DNA of 60,452 nucleotides, filler included, from Sluysia triapertura (taxonomy: Eukaryota): the NCBI GenBank assembly GCA_046118255.1. It is 4 parts of 4 records of this genome, joined end to end, with 100 filler letters (N's around TTAATTAATTAA, not from the genome) between each part and the next. Parts side by side here need not be neighbours in the genome. Positions count along the whole stretch, not along the records: positions 17,546 to 29,890 come from JBJNIA010117973.1; positions 29,991 to 46,315 come from JBJNIA010206592.1; 2 more parts are not named here. One strand, written 5' to 3'. The position numbers were made by a program, and so were the translations under genes. The notes under the pieces were generated by a model. The model was given only the letters and a program-made list of their open reading frames with translations. It was not told where the DNA came from and did no database searches. Positions 22,291-35,080 of this stretch are shown one piece after another (within the stretch, counting starts at the first letter, position 1; each line of letters begins with the position of its first letter).

Positions 22291-24777
22291 AATGAAGAAT
22301 ACGATTAACGATCCGAATGGTTATTCGGTGCCAATTTTGAAAAACGATCATCAAATAAGTACCAAGTGTACCTTACCTTACCATTAGGAAAAGTTATCAT
22401 TATTATCATCAAAGATAAAATGAAAATTCTTTTCCAAAAATACAGTCTCAATTATGATACAATCAAGCTCATTTGATATACGAAACTGTTTGAACAATTT
22501 AACAGACATTTTAGAATTCGAGTTAAAATAACTAACACAAAGAATAAAAATGCAATATTCTCTAATTGTTAAAAATAATTTGTTAAAAAAATTAATTTTT
22601 TTAAATAGTTGTATATATTAAGTCTTTATTTAATATATTTAATAACATCCATTTGATAACATCCAGGAAAATAACATAAAACCTTGAGACAAAAGGAAAC
22701 ATGCAAAATTTTGAATTTGTCTAAAAGAATTTGATAAAGCTTATGAGAACGTTGTTTGAAAGTGCCTTATAACTTTGCTACTTTTTTAATTAAAAAGCAT
22801 TTATATGTTTCATTAAAAGAAAGAATTATCTGAAATATATAACCTCAGAAAAATATTTTTCTATCTACTAAAGATTGTAGAGGAAATTTTGCTTTATCTT
22901 GAATGAATAGTTTTAAATCACTAAGGGATACATAATTAAAGAAAACATACATAATAATGATTACGGAAACGTATTTTCTTATTTAGTTTTTGTGGAAATA
23001 GTAAAAAGTAAATAGAAAGAGAACATTACATGACTGAACAAATTTTATAGAAAATTGTTGTTGTTTTACTTACATTAAAGACAGAAAATAATTTTGGCTA
23101 CAACATTATAAAATGATATCGTATTATTAAAAAGAGAAGAAACAATTATAAAGAAATAATAGTGATAATAATGCTACTGATAAAATAAGGTTACTATCAC
23201 TATGGAAAATCCGACACTTATGTTATCATAAGCTACTACAATTAAAAGATCTATATTTAGGATTCAAGTGATGATGAAAAGTTTGTGTACAGTTCCGGTT
23301 TAAGATTATTTAATATCTTTTATAATACAATCTTGACAGAATTATTGTTATTATTATTATTATCATTATTATTATCTTATGTGATATTTTATAACAGCAT
23401 TTATTATTAAAATGTGTTTTTAATTTTTAAAAAGAGCGGTATTATTATTATTATTATTACAGGGTTTTCATATAATTTAATCCTGTTGTCAAATAATTTA
23501 AGCATTATATTAAAGCATTTAATCCTTCTTAACCAAAAAGTATGCCAAATATAAGAATAGCAAATGAAATTAGAAGATATAATTTTATTGAATTATATAT
23601 TATAATTAATTTCAAAAAAGATTAAGTTATATGACAAAAGGGTTAAATTATATGAAAAAACTTGTAAGTTGTTAGTGATTGTACAATTTGTAACTTATGT
23701 AATAAGATCAAGGATTAAAATAATTAAGTATTAACAAAGTTACTAGCATCGTTTATATGCGATGTATCAGTTCTTGCAAATGTGTGACGTGTCTACATTA
23801 TCATTTTTCGATAAGATATTGCCATATTTTTCCGCAGTTAAAAAATCCAATGCCATTTAAAGTCATTGTGTTGTACAAGATTCTCTTCTCAAGCTGCAGT
23901 TCGTGTAATTTGTTAAAATAATGATTTTTGTGCAACTTTTATTCAACTTTTTTACTTTAACTTTCTTAAACTTCATCGAATGACTCAATTAAGCGACGTT
24001 TTATAGCCTTAATTAAAGACTATAATAAAACTTTTACGCATTCAGTTCTTCAATTTTGTTAATGATCCAGTTGAAACGAAGTACGGTTTCGATAAGCAAG
24101 ACGTGGGTAGACTTTCGATGTTAATGGCCTGACCAATAAGAACAAGTTCAAAATGAAAAATTCATTCAAAGTTTGTAATTGTAGTGATGCATTCTCAAAT
24201 TAACACATTTATAAATCCATACAATACTAACAACTTGCAATTATTCTTCATTACATTTCCACATCACCATACACTTACATTACAATAACTTCCTGTACGA
24301 AATCTACACGCATAATAATTCATATAAAATCATGTATTTACAGCAATTACCTACAATGTTACTCTTATCTTCTATAACCTTAATATGTACCAATCCAATC
24401 TAAAATTATAATTTACAGTTGGTTATTACCATTACTCTTACTACTCTTGTGGCTTAGAAAGCACAACATATCTCTCTCTCACCATTAAGTGCAACTCGCA
24501 CAATTACATATAGGATAGAGACCTCAAAATATATTCTAAAATATATTATGTTATTGATAATTTACGAACCAATCGTTTATGCTCTGCCATTATGATGTTC
24601 AAAAATATTAAGTACTTAATCTTACTTCTTGTAACTTCTACTATAATATCAAATTGTGGGAAGAAACTTATTTATTTGCTTAAATCTTTAAGAAATACAC
24701 AAAATTGATTAGAAATAGCTTCTAAAAATTGGTAATATAAATTAATGTATAAGTTATTTCTCTTAAATTTTATTCAA

Positions 24778-24778
<1 letters not shown>

Positions 24779-24830
<52 letters not shown>

Positions 24831-24858
24831 CATTATTATTATCATTTCTATTATTATC
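24779..24858. repeat. (ATT)n microsatellite running into N-gap 24860-25001
   Basis: Direct reading. Confidence 0.95.
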
Positions 24859-26165
24859 ANNNNNNNNNNNNNNNNNNNNNNNNNNNNNNNNNNNNNNNNN
24901 NNNNNNNNNNNNNNNNNNNNNNNNNNNNNNNNNNNNNNNNNNNNNNNNNNNNNNNNNNNNNNNNNNNNNNNNNNNNNNNNNNNNNNNNNNNNNNNNNNNN
25001 NAAAGTAAGTAAATTTTATTATTTTCATTGCGGCATAAAGCCTCATTTAAAAAAATTTTAAAATTAGTCAAATATAGATGACTTCAAATAGCATGTTCAC
25101 TCGTCAAATTGTTTGTGATGTATTATAAAGACTGTTCTAATAATCAGTCGATCAAAGATTCGAATATATTCATTCATTAGAATATTCCCACCGAAAGCTT
25201 GTATTTTTCACGGAAATCAAGCTGAACAAACGACCATGCGTAAAATTAGAAATCGAATTCCCAAATGTATATATATAGTATATCAATCGAAATGATGTGA
25301 AACAGTGGTGTGATCGAACACTTTATTGTTTTGTTATGAAATAATAACTTTTCACTGTGTAACATATTTTCTTTATTTCAGTTTGGTAAGTACGTATTCG
25401 GCACATTTCAATCAATTAATCAATTGAATAATTATTTGAGTGCTACTAATTTTGTAAATAATCAGAATAACGAGCTCGATAGTTATTTTTATCAATCCTT
25501 TTGAAAAATTTCTTTAACATATGAAAATAAAGTCGGACATTAAATGTCTTAATTTGCATGCTCCATCAAAATGATCTTTCCAAGTTTGCCCTTTTGGGAT
25601 ATACAACTAAATGATATACTCTTTATACGTATACGAACCCACTTTACCGAAGAACAAAGTAAATATCTGTAGATCAAATAAAGGTTTCCGTAAAATGACA
25701 GTAACTAGCTTCAAAAGAAAGTTGAAATTGCGTATTATTTTGTGTACTTCTGCATCTCAGAAAAGGTAAAAACCATACATAATAGAATTAGTTGCAACCT
25801 CTTTGAGCAGATCTGCCAATCAATTTCGCTAATGCTAATTAAGCACGACAAGTTCCACATCTCTTACAATGCATTTTAGTTCTATTTTATTAAGATTTAA
25901 TTTAAAGTATAAATTATTATTCAAAATAATTCTTAATTCTATTCACATAAATGTTTTATTTTTTTAAAAATAATGACTTATTTATAATTTATTTTTTCAC
26001 AAAAGATTGCAATTGTTTGCATTTAGTAACAAATTACTTTAAAACAATAATTATCGTTATCAATTTGATTTATGTGAGTAGACGTCAAATATTATATTGC
26101 ATTCAAGATTTCATATTGAAAAAAAATTGTGAATTATTTGAAAATAGCATTTATTATAGACTTAC

Positions 26166-26701
26166 TTTGCAAAACCTTCATATAATTCCATCGGTAAGCC
26201 TGTCATAACTCCAGAACCATCTCCCGTATCATTATCACAACTGCATGCTCCACGATGATCCATCCTTATCAACATTTCTTTGGCTCTTTGAATTATCTTA
26301 AAATACAAAATCATAATGCAACAGAAAAATTAATTATAAAAATTTAAAACAATAATTATATTATATTCCATATTCGAAAATAAGCCATTTCTAAGGACAA
26401 CATTCTTGTGATAATTAGAGTTTAGAACAAAAATGTAAAAATATTTGTTGCATAAAAATTTAGCAAAAAATACTTTTATATTCGTTATATAATAATAAAT
26501 TATTCAAAAAATTTAACTAACATGATTACTTCTATTTCCATTAACAGCGACAACAAAACCAACTCCACATGCATCTTTTTCTAATTCATTATTATATAAA
26601 CCTTTCGTTGCTGGAATTGAAGAAAATATTCCACATTTTTCATCACCAATATTATCAGAAACAAGATCATTATTGTTGTGATACTTGTCTTTACCTAACA
26701 T
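26166..26701 (-). CDS. Glutamate synthase (eukaryotic NADH-GOGAT type), first two exons only
   Basis: Exon 26522-26701 (ATG...KGLYNNELEKDACGVGFVVAVNG) and exon 26166-26296 (IIQRAKEMLIRMDHRGACSCDNDTGDGSGVMTGLP) give the Ntn-amidotransferase N-terminal motifs CGVGF and HRGA...GDG, with canonical splice sites. Confidence 0.9.
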
Positions 26702-27592
26702 TGTTTAACATTAATTCCACTATAGAAAAGCAAATTTGGTTACAATTAAATTAGAAAAATAATTTATAAAATCTCTAGACTAATCATAAAACGACCTTCA
26801 ACAAACCAATGATATTTTTACTTTCTATCAGCATAATGTAACTATCTTTAATAATGATTCTATTTTTAGATTGCGATTATTTTACCTGATTTTTAATAAC
26901 AAATATATAATGAATAATGCAAAAAAAGCATTTATTGAATTTTATTTATTACTTTATTGATTTAAATTGTAATTGTAATTTAAATTTTATGATTTCAATT
27001 GACTTTATTGTATAATAAATGCATTATATTTATATTTCACAACTTCTCTCTAACTATGGAGATGTTAGTGCAAATTTTGTAACTAAATAATTCAAATTAA
27101 TGAAAATTTCAATTGAAACACCTATTGTATTATTATTCACAATTAAGGTGTTGTGGAGAAATCATTACTTATGCTAACTAATCAATAACTGATTTTTTAG
27201 AATGAATCCTTGCTCACCAAGAAATAGTTATTTAATTTGGATCTGGAAATCTAACTGAATAATTAATACATTTGGAAAATTAAGATGTTTCTATATTGTA
27301 AGGCAGGAATGGTCAATAAGACAAATAATTGAGCTAATATTATCTTATTAAATTTTTTCAAATAAATTTTTTATTAAATATTAATACAAATTACAAAATA
27401 TTTAAATTATATGCTGTGGTTTTTCTTAACTCTTATTTCTAAAATGGTACAAACTTAAAAATTATCGTAAATTCGATGTTTAGCCTCAATTTAAATTAAA
27501 AATTTACCACTTAATACTCGCTAATTGCAGTTTAATCTAAAAATTCTACGTCAATAGCAAACTTAAGTTGGTCCCAATTCGGGCGCCAAATT

Positions 27593-29165
27593 TGCTGTGG
27601 CTTTTCTTAACTCTTAACCTACGGCAGAATATTTTTGAGCAGGGTCAGGTTACAGTAAACATCTTATGTAGTAAAGAGGGCGTTTTTGTAACTAATAAGT
27701 TGGTAGATTACCTAAAAAGTAATAACTTTAGCTAACAAATTTAATAGTAGAGGGTCAAAAACTTAGTAAATGAGGACTCAGATAATTGTACAATAAATGA
27801 AATCAAAACGCTCATTTCAAAAAAACTTTATTAAAACTATTACAAAAATTAAATAACATAAAATTACTTACAAGACAAAGAAATGTTAGAATTAGAAATA
27901 GAGATTGAAGTTTCATTAAAATTTATTAAAGTTAAAACTTCAGTTGGTATTTAACTTTTAAATGATAATTTACTCTGTATTTTATCCCTCAATATGTCGG
28001 GAAACCGTATACTTTAATAAATAAAATTTCTAGTTTACGTAGATTTTAGGATACTAACTTCCTTATATGAAATTAATATATACTTAACAAAAAACAAATT
28101 ACTTTAAACATGGAATAGATCGAATATTCTCCGCTGGTTGGAAAATAGTATAAAATGCAAGATGGCGATTTTCATTGTATTGATGCTAGTATATATACTA
28201 GTCATCATTCATTGAAAATCGATGGAATGTTCTCGAATACTCTAGAACATTCTAGAAGCTTCTATTCTATCCTTAGAAGATGTAAAGTTGTAAAAAAATT
28301 TTATTTTAAATTTTTATTTTGTGTGAAAAAAGAAATTATAAAAATTATTAAAATTGTATTATTTTAAAAAATTATTATTTCAATTATAATAGAATCAAAA
28401 TTATTATTATTATAAATTAAAAAATACCTAAAAAGAAACTTGTCGAAAGAAGTTTGTTTAATTAAATTAAATTTTCAAAATGTCTTTGTGAATATATAAA
28501 GACATTGACAAATAAAGAAGCCATCATTAAAAAATGTCACAAGTTACTAAATAAAGAAATCATAAGACGCAATTTTTTGTAATAACGCGAAATCATTTTT
28601 AATAATTCTACATCGATCATCATTATCATCATCATCAGCTTGTTAGTATATTCCATATTCCGTCAACTCTTTGATTCAACTTCTACATTATAGCTTGAAT
28701 CCCGCACACACGATTAGAGGTATAGCGATTTCAAAACATCGACATCACAGCAGATCAAGTCCTCTTCGACAAATTATTTCCAGAAGCCGAACTCCGATTT
28801 TTCTTATTAATTAAATCAGTAAGTTAATTTTACAAAGTTGAATACTCAATTGTTGAGTTAAAATTTAGACGTAAATTACTGTTTTTTCACGGTTGGTCAT
28901 AAAGACCACTCATAAAATCAAGCTAAAATATAAAATCTCAAATTTTTAGTTGGTCATTAAGGTCAATTATAAAATAGTTATTGTAAGGTAGAGTTTTTAG
29001 CTAGACCTTTATTATAATTTAACTATTATTATTATTATTATCAATTTATCATTTATAAAATTTTTGCATTATTAATAATCGTTTTTTATTGAATTTTATA
29101 TATTTATAATAATTTTATTTTACTCCAAATTTTTGTATAATAAAAGTATCAAAAATTTTTACGAC
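27593..29165 (+). mobile_element. Family B copy 1 (right end missing; extra segment about 27880-28290)
   Basis: Colinear reverse-complement match to 33030-34138 (e.g. 28430-28470 vs 33710-33750; 28885-29010 vs 33160-33287). A second short end copy lies at 27412. Confidence 0.75.
28224..28263. promoter_or_regulatory. Heat-shock element, 8 alternating nGAAn/nTTCn units (7 perfect)
   Basis: gGAAt gTTCt cGAAt aCTCt aGAAc aTTCt aGAAg cTTCt; TATA-like palindrome CTAGTATATATACTAG about 25 bp to the left. Confidence 0.7.
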
Positions 29166-29391
29166 TTGTTTTTATAATTATTCTGATATTAAAATTACAA
29201 TTTAGCAAACATAAGCCAAATACAAAATCTACAAAATAATTCGGAAAATATTCGCAATATAAAATATATCACAGGAGTTATATTTTGGGTGCTCGTAAAT
29301 TTCTTTTAAGTTTAAATTTAACACTTTAATTATTTTAAATGGTTATTCTGATAAATATACTATATTTTAAATTATAAAATGTCAGTTATTT

Positions 29392-29640
29392 AAATACCAA
29401 ATACCTTTGACTCGAACAGTAATTATATACCAAATGCCTTTAACTGGAGCAGCAGATACCAAATACCACGTATCTTCAGCGAACAGCTTCTTCTTCAAAT
29501 ATCTTCTTCAATTAACAACTTGAATACCAAATACCTTCAATAAATAACTTGAACAATAATCGAATACTAAATAACAAATAACAATACCTAATACCTAATA
29601 ACCTCAACAGCCTGAACAACAATTGAATACCAAACATCTT
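29392..29640. repeat. Degenerate tandem array of ATACCAAATACC-containing units
   Basis: ATACCAAA(T)AC motif recurs about 6-7 times with irregular spacing. Confidence 0.6.
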
Positions 29641-29769
29641 CAACAAACAACTTTCATCATAATCTAACTTGAATGATTGAAAATAACGCTTCGTTCCATA
29701 ATAACGAAATTTTGTAATTTTTGTAATACATATACTGAAATTACTTTTTTGATATTATTTCATTTACAC

Positions 29770-29815
29770 CAGCCATGTCCAACATGCGGCCCGATTGCGA
29801 TTTTTGTGCGGCTCG
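29770..29815 (+). mobile_element. hAT-type terminal sequence, cut by gap
   Basis: CAGCCATGTCCAACATGCGGCCCG resembles the CAG....TCCAAC.TGCGGCCC end typical of Charlie-type hAT MITEs. Confidence 0.45.
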
Positions 29816-30669
29816 ATAACAAAAAAAGGAAATCACACAAATTAATATTTAAATTTTAATAATCGATAATACAAATAATTTTTATTACGCNNNNNNNNNN
29901 NNNNNNNNNNNNNNNNNNNNNNNNNNNNNNNNNNTTAATTAATTAANNNNNNNNNNNNNNNNNNNNNNNNNNNNNNNNNNNNNNNNNNNNCCTTATTACC
30001 GTTGCTCCTTCACAGTTTATCATTCGCATTGTTCATCTCTTATTTTATTATCATCTGATATGTAAGAGAATAAAGATCACAACAGAAAAGATCATGTATA
30101 CAGAACTATAAGACTTTATGTATTTTATCTTCATTTTTATTAAAAGTTTTATAACAATAATAACGGCAAGAATTTTATCACTTTATTATTATTAATATTG
30201 TTATTATTATTATTATTTTCATCATTATTACTGTCGCTATTATTGTTAATCATTTTCATAAAAATTAATTTAATTCAACTTTGTCGTCACCATCATCACT
30301 AGTGACACTTAATTCATTCTCACCTGCACATCACTACTGATGATGATGGTTAGTAATTCAAATTAGAATTCACTATACTATCGCCCAATCAGAGTCCAGG
30401 TTGTTCTCATAATGCTAAAAACACTCTGATTGGGCAAGCTACAAAAATGTCTAGATGCTAAAAATAACAATCAGAGCGTGTATGTCTTACTTCATTAAAA
30501 GTTGCTCTGATTGGATATACTAATTAGAGAACAATAAAATTTTATAGCTCAAAGAAAATTTTTCTACTCACAATTTACAATTTTCATATAACAAAGTTCA
30601 GCTCTCAAATAGATTTCAGACACAATTATTAAAGTTTATAGCTCTAAATTAAAAAATTTTACAATTAGA

Positions 30670-31116
30670 ATGGACGTATTTAAATTTGCTAGACAGATAT
30701 CTCTTGAATCCAAACGAATAACGACATTGAAAAACAAAAATCAGTCAAACGAGGCAGATGAAATGATTGAACATGCAATTTATGAAATGATGGAACATTT
30801 AAAATTAGTGAACCTATTAAGCATGCTTGAAAATGTCATTCATTGTATGTTTAAAATAAACAGTGAAATTAATGAATTGCCTAATAATGAAGATTATCAT
30901 CGATCAGATTACAGTAGTTATGAATATCCAAAGAATGTCATTAATAAATTCAACTTATTCGTCTACGGTAGTGAACATATTTTGTTGAGTAGTAATGCAA
31001 GAAGTTCAATCCGAAACTTTATAATTAATAACATTAGAGATATGCATACATATTATATTGATGAATCAGATTCCATCCTCATGGATAAATCAAGTAAATT
31101 AAATTATAAAGTATGA
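30670..31116 (+). CDS. Family A copy 3 ORF1, 148 aa, unknown
   Basis: ATG-initiated intronless ORF directly after the palindromic leader. Confidence 0.5.
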   Translation: MDVFKFARQISLESKRITTLKNKNQSNEADEMIEHAIYEMMEHLKLVNLLSMLENVIHCMFKINSEINELPNNEDYHRSDYSSYEYPKNVINKFNLFVYGSEHILLSSNARSSIRNFIINNIRDMHTYYIDESDSILMDKSSKLNYKV

Positions 31117-31213
31117 TGCAAATAACAATAAATTCGTTGCGATTAAAGAAATATTTCGTAACCTGTCGGTATTTAATGCAGACGAAACATTATATATTGT
31201 TAGAAATCCCGAT

Positions 31214-32161
31214 ATGACGTTTAATTTAAGTGATATAAACGAAACTCGGAATAAACATAACTTACTAACCACGTCAAATCAAAACGGATGTAATCTAAAT
31301 GATTATAAAGCTAATGCGAACCATGTGCTTCAGATTTATTTACCTAAGGATATAGACGTAACGAAGATGATTAATGTGAACAAGAAATTATACATTCACA
31401 AAATTAATTGGATCCACTTTCTTTCGGCCAACATTAGAGTTTATTATCGGATAAAACTAATTGTTTTTTTTGTTAGTTATGAATTTAATTATTTACATCA
31501 TTATTTTTTAGTGAAATCAATTTTAGAATGGATCATAGAACGACGGGCTACCAGATTGGAAGGTTCTCACAAATTCCTTATTCTTAATATAAACTCTTTA
31601 AATAAAATTTTGGTGTATTATAAAGTTTTTGATTTATTTAAGATTTGTGTAATTGTAATTTTTATAAATAAACATTTTGTCAATCCAAATGATCAAAGTA
31701 TAAAAATTAAATATAATGTGTCCCAAAAATCAAAAGAATTGACAATTATAAATTATCACAATAATAATATTAATTGCTATTATTTTATTAAAAAGTTTAA
31801 GACCGTCTTAGGAATTTTTCTAATTCAAGATAACAACGTGCTAGACTATAGAATTCTATTTCCTAAATCTTGCTATATTAAATACAATTCCTTTGTCGTA
31901 TTTTCATTTTTGCTTCCGACTTATAATGCTCCTTACTCTATCGAACCTGATAATGTGTCCTCAATTTTACCTTGCATCACGATTGTAACCATATATCTGA
32001 ACCTTATTTGTTTGAGAATCAAATGTGAAATTTTAATTAACAAATTAATTATGAAATCAAACTGTGTAACGTATTTGTTCACAAACCAGTACTACAAAAT
32101 TTACATTTTAAAATGGGCTCTGAACATAATTAACTCATTAACACTAAATTTTATACTGTAA
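31214..32161 (+). CDS. Family A copy 3 ORF2, 315 aa, unknown; +1 frame, open from 31103 and overlapping the ORF1 end
   Basis: ORF track plus manual upstream extension (DANNNKFVAIKEIFRNLSVFNADETLYIVRNPD). Confidence 0.5.
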   Translation: MTFNLSDINETRNKHNLLTTSNQNGCNLNDYKANANHVLQIYLPKDIDVTKMINVNKKLYIHKINWIHFLSANIRVYYRIKLIVFFVSYEFNYLHHYFLVKSILEWIIERRATRLEGSHKFLILNINSLNKILVYYKVFDLFKICVIVIFINKHFVNPNDQSIKIKYNVSQKSKELTIINYHNNNINCYYFIKKFKTVLGIFLIQDNNVLDYRILFPKSCYIKYNSFVVFSFLLPTYNAPYSIEPDNVSSILPCITIVTIYLNLICLRIKCEILINKLIMKSNCVTYLFTNQYYKIYILKWALNIINSLTLNFIL

Positions 32162-32589
32162 AGAAACTGCAGACATCTAATATTCGAATACATCCTACTT
32201 GTAGTAAAATATTTTAATTTTCTAATATATTCACTATTGAATAATTCTTTAAAAATTAAATATGTTTAAATTCATTGCAAAAAATAGAGGAAAAGCTGTT
32301 TTGTTTTTAAGCTACAAATTTTACGAGCCGCTCCTCTAGATTCACTATTAAAATGATCATTATCTCTATATTTAAGATTAGATATTTTTACTTTTTTAAT
32401 ATATTATTACAATAATAAGAATGCGCTGCACTTTGGAAATATGATTCAACTTCAGTATTACTATTAATTTTAAATGAATTAAAATTTTTCATCTCATTTT
32501 TTCCAATTTATATTCATTTTTTGTTTCTATATTTGGAATTTCTTTACCAAATTTTGATAAAATATTTTAAATATATTGTGATATTTAAT

Positions 32590-34138
32590 TGCTGGGTGGT
32601 TTTCTTAATCTAAAAACCTAACCTACAGCAAAATAAATAATTATTATGAGTCCGTTTACAGTATACGACTTACTAATGACGTACCTGTAAAATTACGTGA
32701 AAACAATTACCAAAATTAATCGTACAAAAAATATTCTTTGCCTTAACTTAACGCTAATGTGCAAAATCGTCGTCTATGTCAATTAACAATAAATAACTTA
32801 AAAACTACTTAAGACCAACGCCAGCTTAACAGATAAAAATAAGTGAATAATAATAGTATAAGAATGTGCTCTTTCCTATATCGCTAAATTCTAATATAAC
32901 GACCGTAGAATTTAATGAAATAATATCGAAATCGACGTAACTTTTATTTCTAGAAAATATGTATTAATTATGAATTATTTCGTAAATTAAAAATAGCTGT
33001 AAACTTAATATATGTTTCACGATTCAAAATTACTCGAAGATTTTTTATTATACAAAATGATGACAAAAATGATGATAATTTAACAAAATAAATAATGATA
33101 ATTATTAATAACACCAAAAACTATAAAATTATAATATAGATAATATTTAAATTGTAATAAGGGTTTGGCCAAAACACTCTACCCTGTGATATCTATTTTG
33201 CAATTGACCTTAAGGGCCAACTAAAGATTCGAGATTTTAGATTTTAGTTTGATTTTATGATTGGCCTTAATGACCAACCGTGAAAAATAGTATTTTAAGT
33301 GTATTTTATATCTCTATGTGAATTTAGCAACTTATATAAATCAAACTTACGAGTAATCAATAATAAATGTTGGTGATCGCTAAGTGTCTCTTTTTCAAAC
33401 GAATTTTGTTCTGGAAACTGGAAAATCGTTCCCTCTAATCGTAGACACTGGACACGAAATAGCTAATTGAAGTATTAATTTGGAAATTGATGAAGCCTTC
33501 GAGAAGAATCTTATACAGGGATGTTGACTTGTTTCCTACCAATGCTGACTGAATTATATTATTTCTACCGCAAACCCAATTGAATTATTAGAAAATGGCA
33601 TAGTAAATTTTTCAATTATGGTGATTTTATTTACTCGTAATTTTAATTGTGACTTTATTTTCTTTGTCTATTTTTATATAGTCATAAAGACATTTTAAAA
33701 ATTTTTATTTTAATTAAACAAACTTCTTTCGAGAAGTTTCTTTTTAGGTGTTTTTTAATTTATAATAATAATATTAATTTTGTTATAATTAAATTAATAA
33801 TTTTTTGAGTAATATAAATTTTAATAATTTTTATAATTATTTTACATAAAATTACAAAAACATAAAAATAAAATTCTATCACCTTCTTTTATCATTTGAC
33901 CATTATAATAAGTAATAATAAATATTTATTAATTGAATAATTTTGATTTCATTTATTTCACTTTTAAATTTTTGACCCTCTAATATCTAATTACTAGTTA
34001 AAGATATTACGCTTTAGTTAACTTATATTGTTACAGAAGTGCCCTCTTTACGATACAAAACGCTTGATGAAACCAGATCCTGCTCAACTTTCTATTTTGC
34101 CGTAGGTTTAGCTTTAAGTATCAGTAAAAACCACAGCA
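32590..34138 (-). mobile_element. Family B copy 2, apparently complete non-autonomous TIR element
   Basis: Ends TGCTGGGTGGTTTTCTTAA...AACCTACAGCAAAATA and TATTTTGCCGTAGGTT...AAAAACCACAGCA are imperfect inverted repeats; no long ORF. Confidence 0.75.
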
Positions 34139-35080
34139 CATTCAAATATTATATAAGCTAAGTTCTGGCTTACCAGAAATAATTTTAGTTTTCTGTTTCA
34201 ATATCTTCTGTCAGCAAAAGCAATATACTTTTGATATGTGATCTGAGATTTTATTAATCAGTGTAACTTTCTGAACATTGTGATATAATTATAAAAATTT
34301 CAAAAACTAATTGTCATAATGCAATTTCAGTTATTACAATTATTTAAACATTTAACCCTTTAACTACGACTATTGTCAATAGACGATACATCGAACCTTT
34401 CGATAAAATGAATTAAGGCAGAAGTGGATGTTACTAATTACTCATAAAGATTCTTTTTATATGTTATGAATTTCAGATGTAATTTAGACGGTATTTATAT
34501 AATATAGGAATGCAATATTTAATTTACTGTGTTATACATATTTATAATTTCCACTTGAATAAATAAATCTTAAAACACTTAGTTTATATATATAGTTGTA
34601 TAAATGTACTTTTCAAACTTGTGTTCAGACGAATGGTTTTGCAGGAATCTATCATTAATTGAAGGGTTTATTTCTGAGGTTTAATAATTTAATGAATAAT
34701 CATAAAAAAAGGAAAATAATCTACTTACATAACTTAAAATATACAGAATATTGTTTCTCAAATAACAAACAAAATTAATTAATATTAATATCAATATTAA
34801 ATACACACACACACACAATCAAAATAATGAAATTAATATTCTAAAATTAACGTAAAATTCGTAATTATATGCTTGATTTCACAAATGGTTTTTTATATTA
34901 GACTTAATATTTAACTCTTGCAGTTAACAGTTGCTAAGGGGCAATTTTATTTTCACATGTGATAATAACAAATAACAAACAAACATGAATAATATAGCTG
35001 AAAATCTAATCTCTAACAAAATTCTAATATTAAAGTCATAACAATAAATTATAATTACAATGGATTTAGTCAATAGAAAA

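Larger units (their letters stand above)
29991..32200 (+). mobile_element. Family A copy 3 (left end in gap, right end unresolved)
   Basis: CCGTTGCTCCTTCACAGT at 29999; inverted repeats 30289-30350, 30383-30435, 30468-30513; ORFs 30670-31116 and 31214-32161. Confidence 0.75.

Noticed and set aside
25553-25585. TWKDHFDGACK on -, RNase H-like motif
   Set aside because: Only a few residues in a stop-ridden context; too weak to call.
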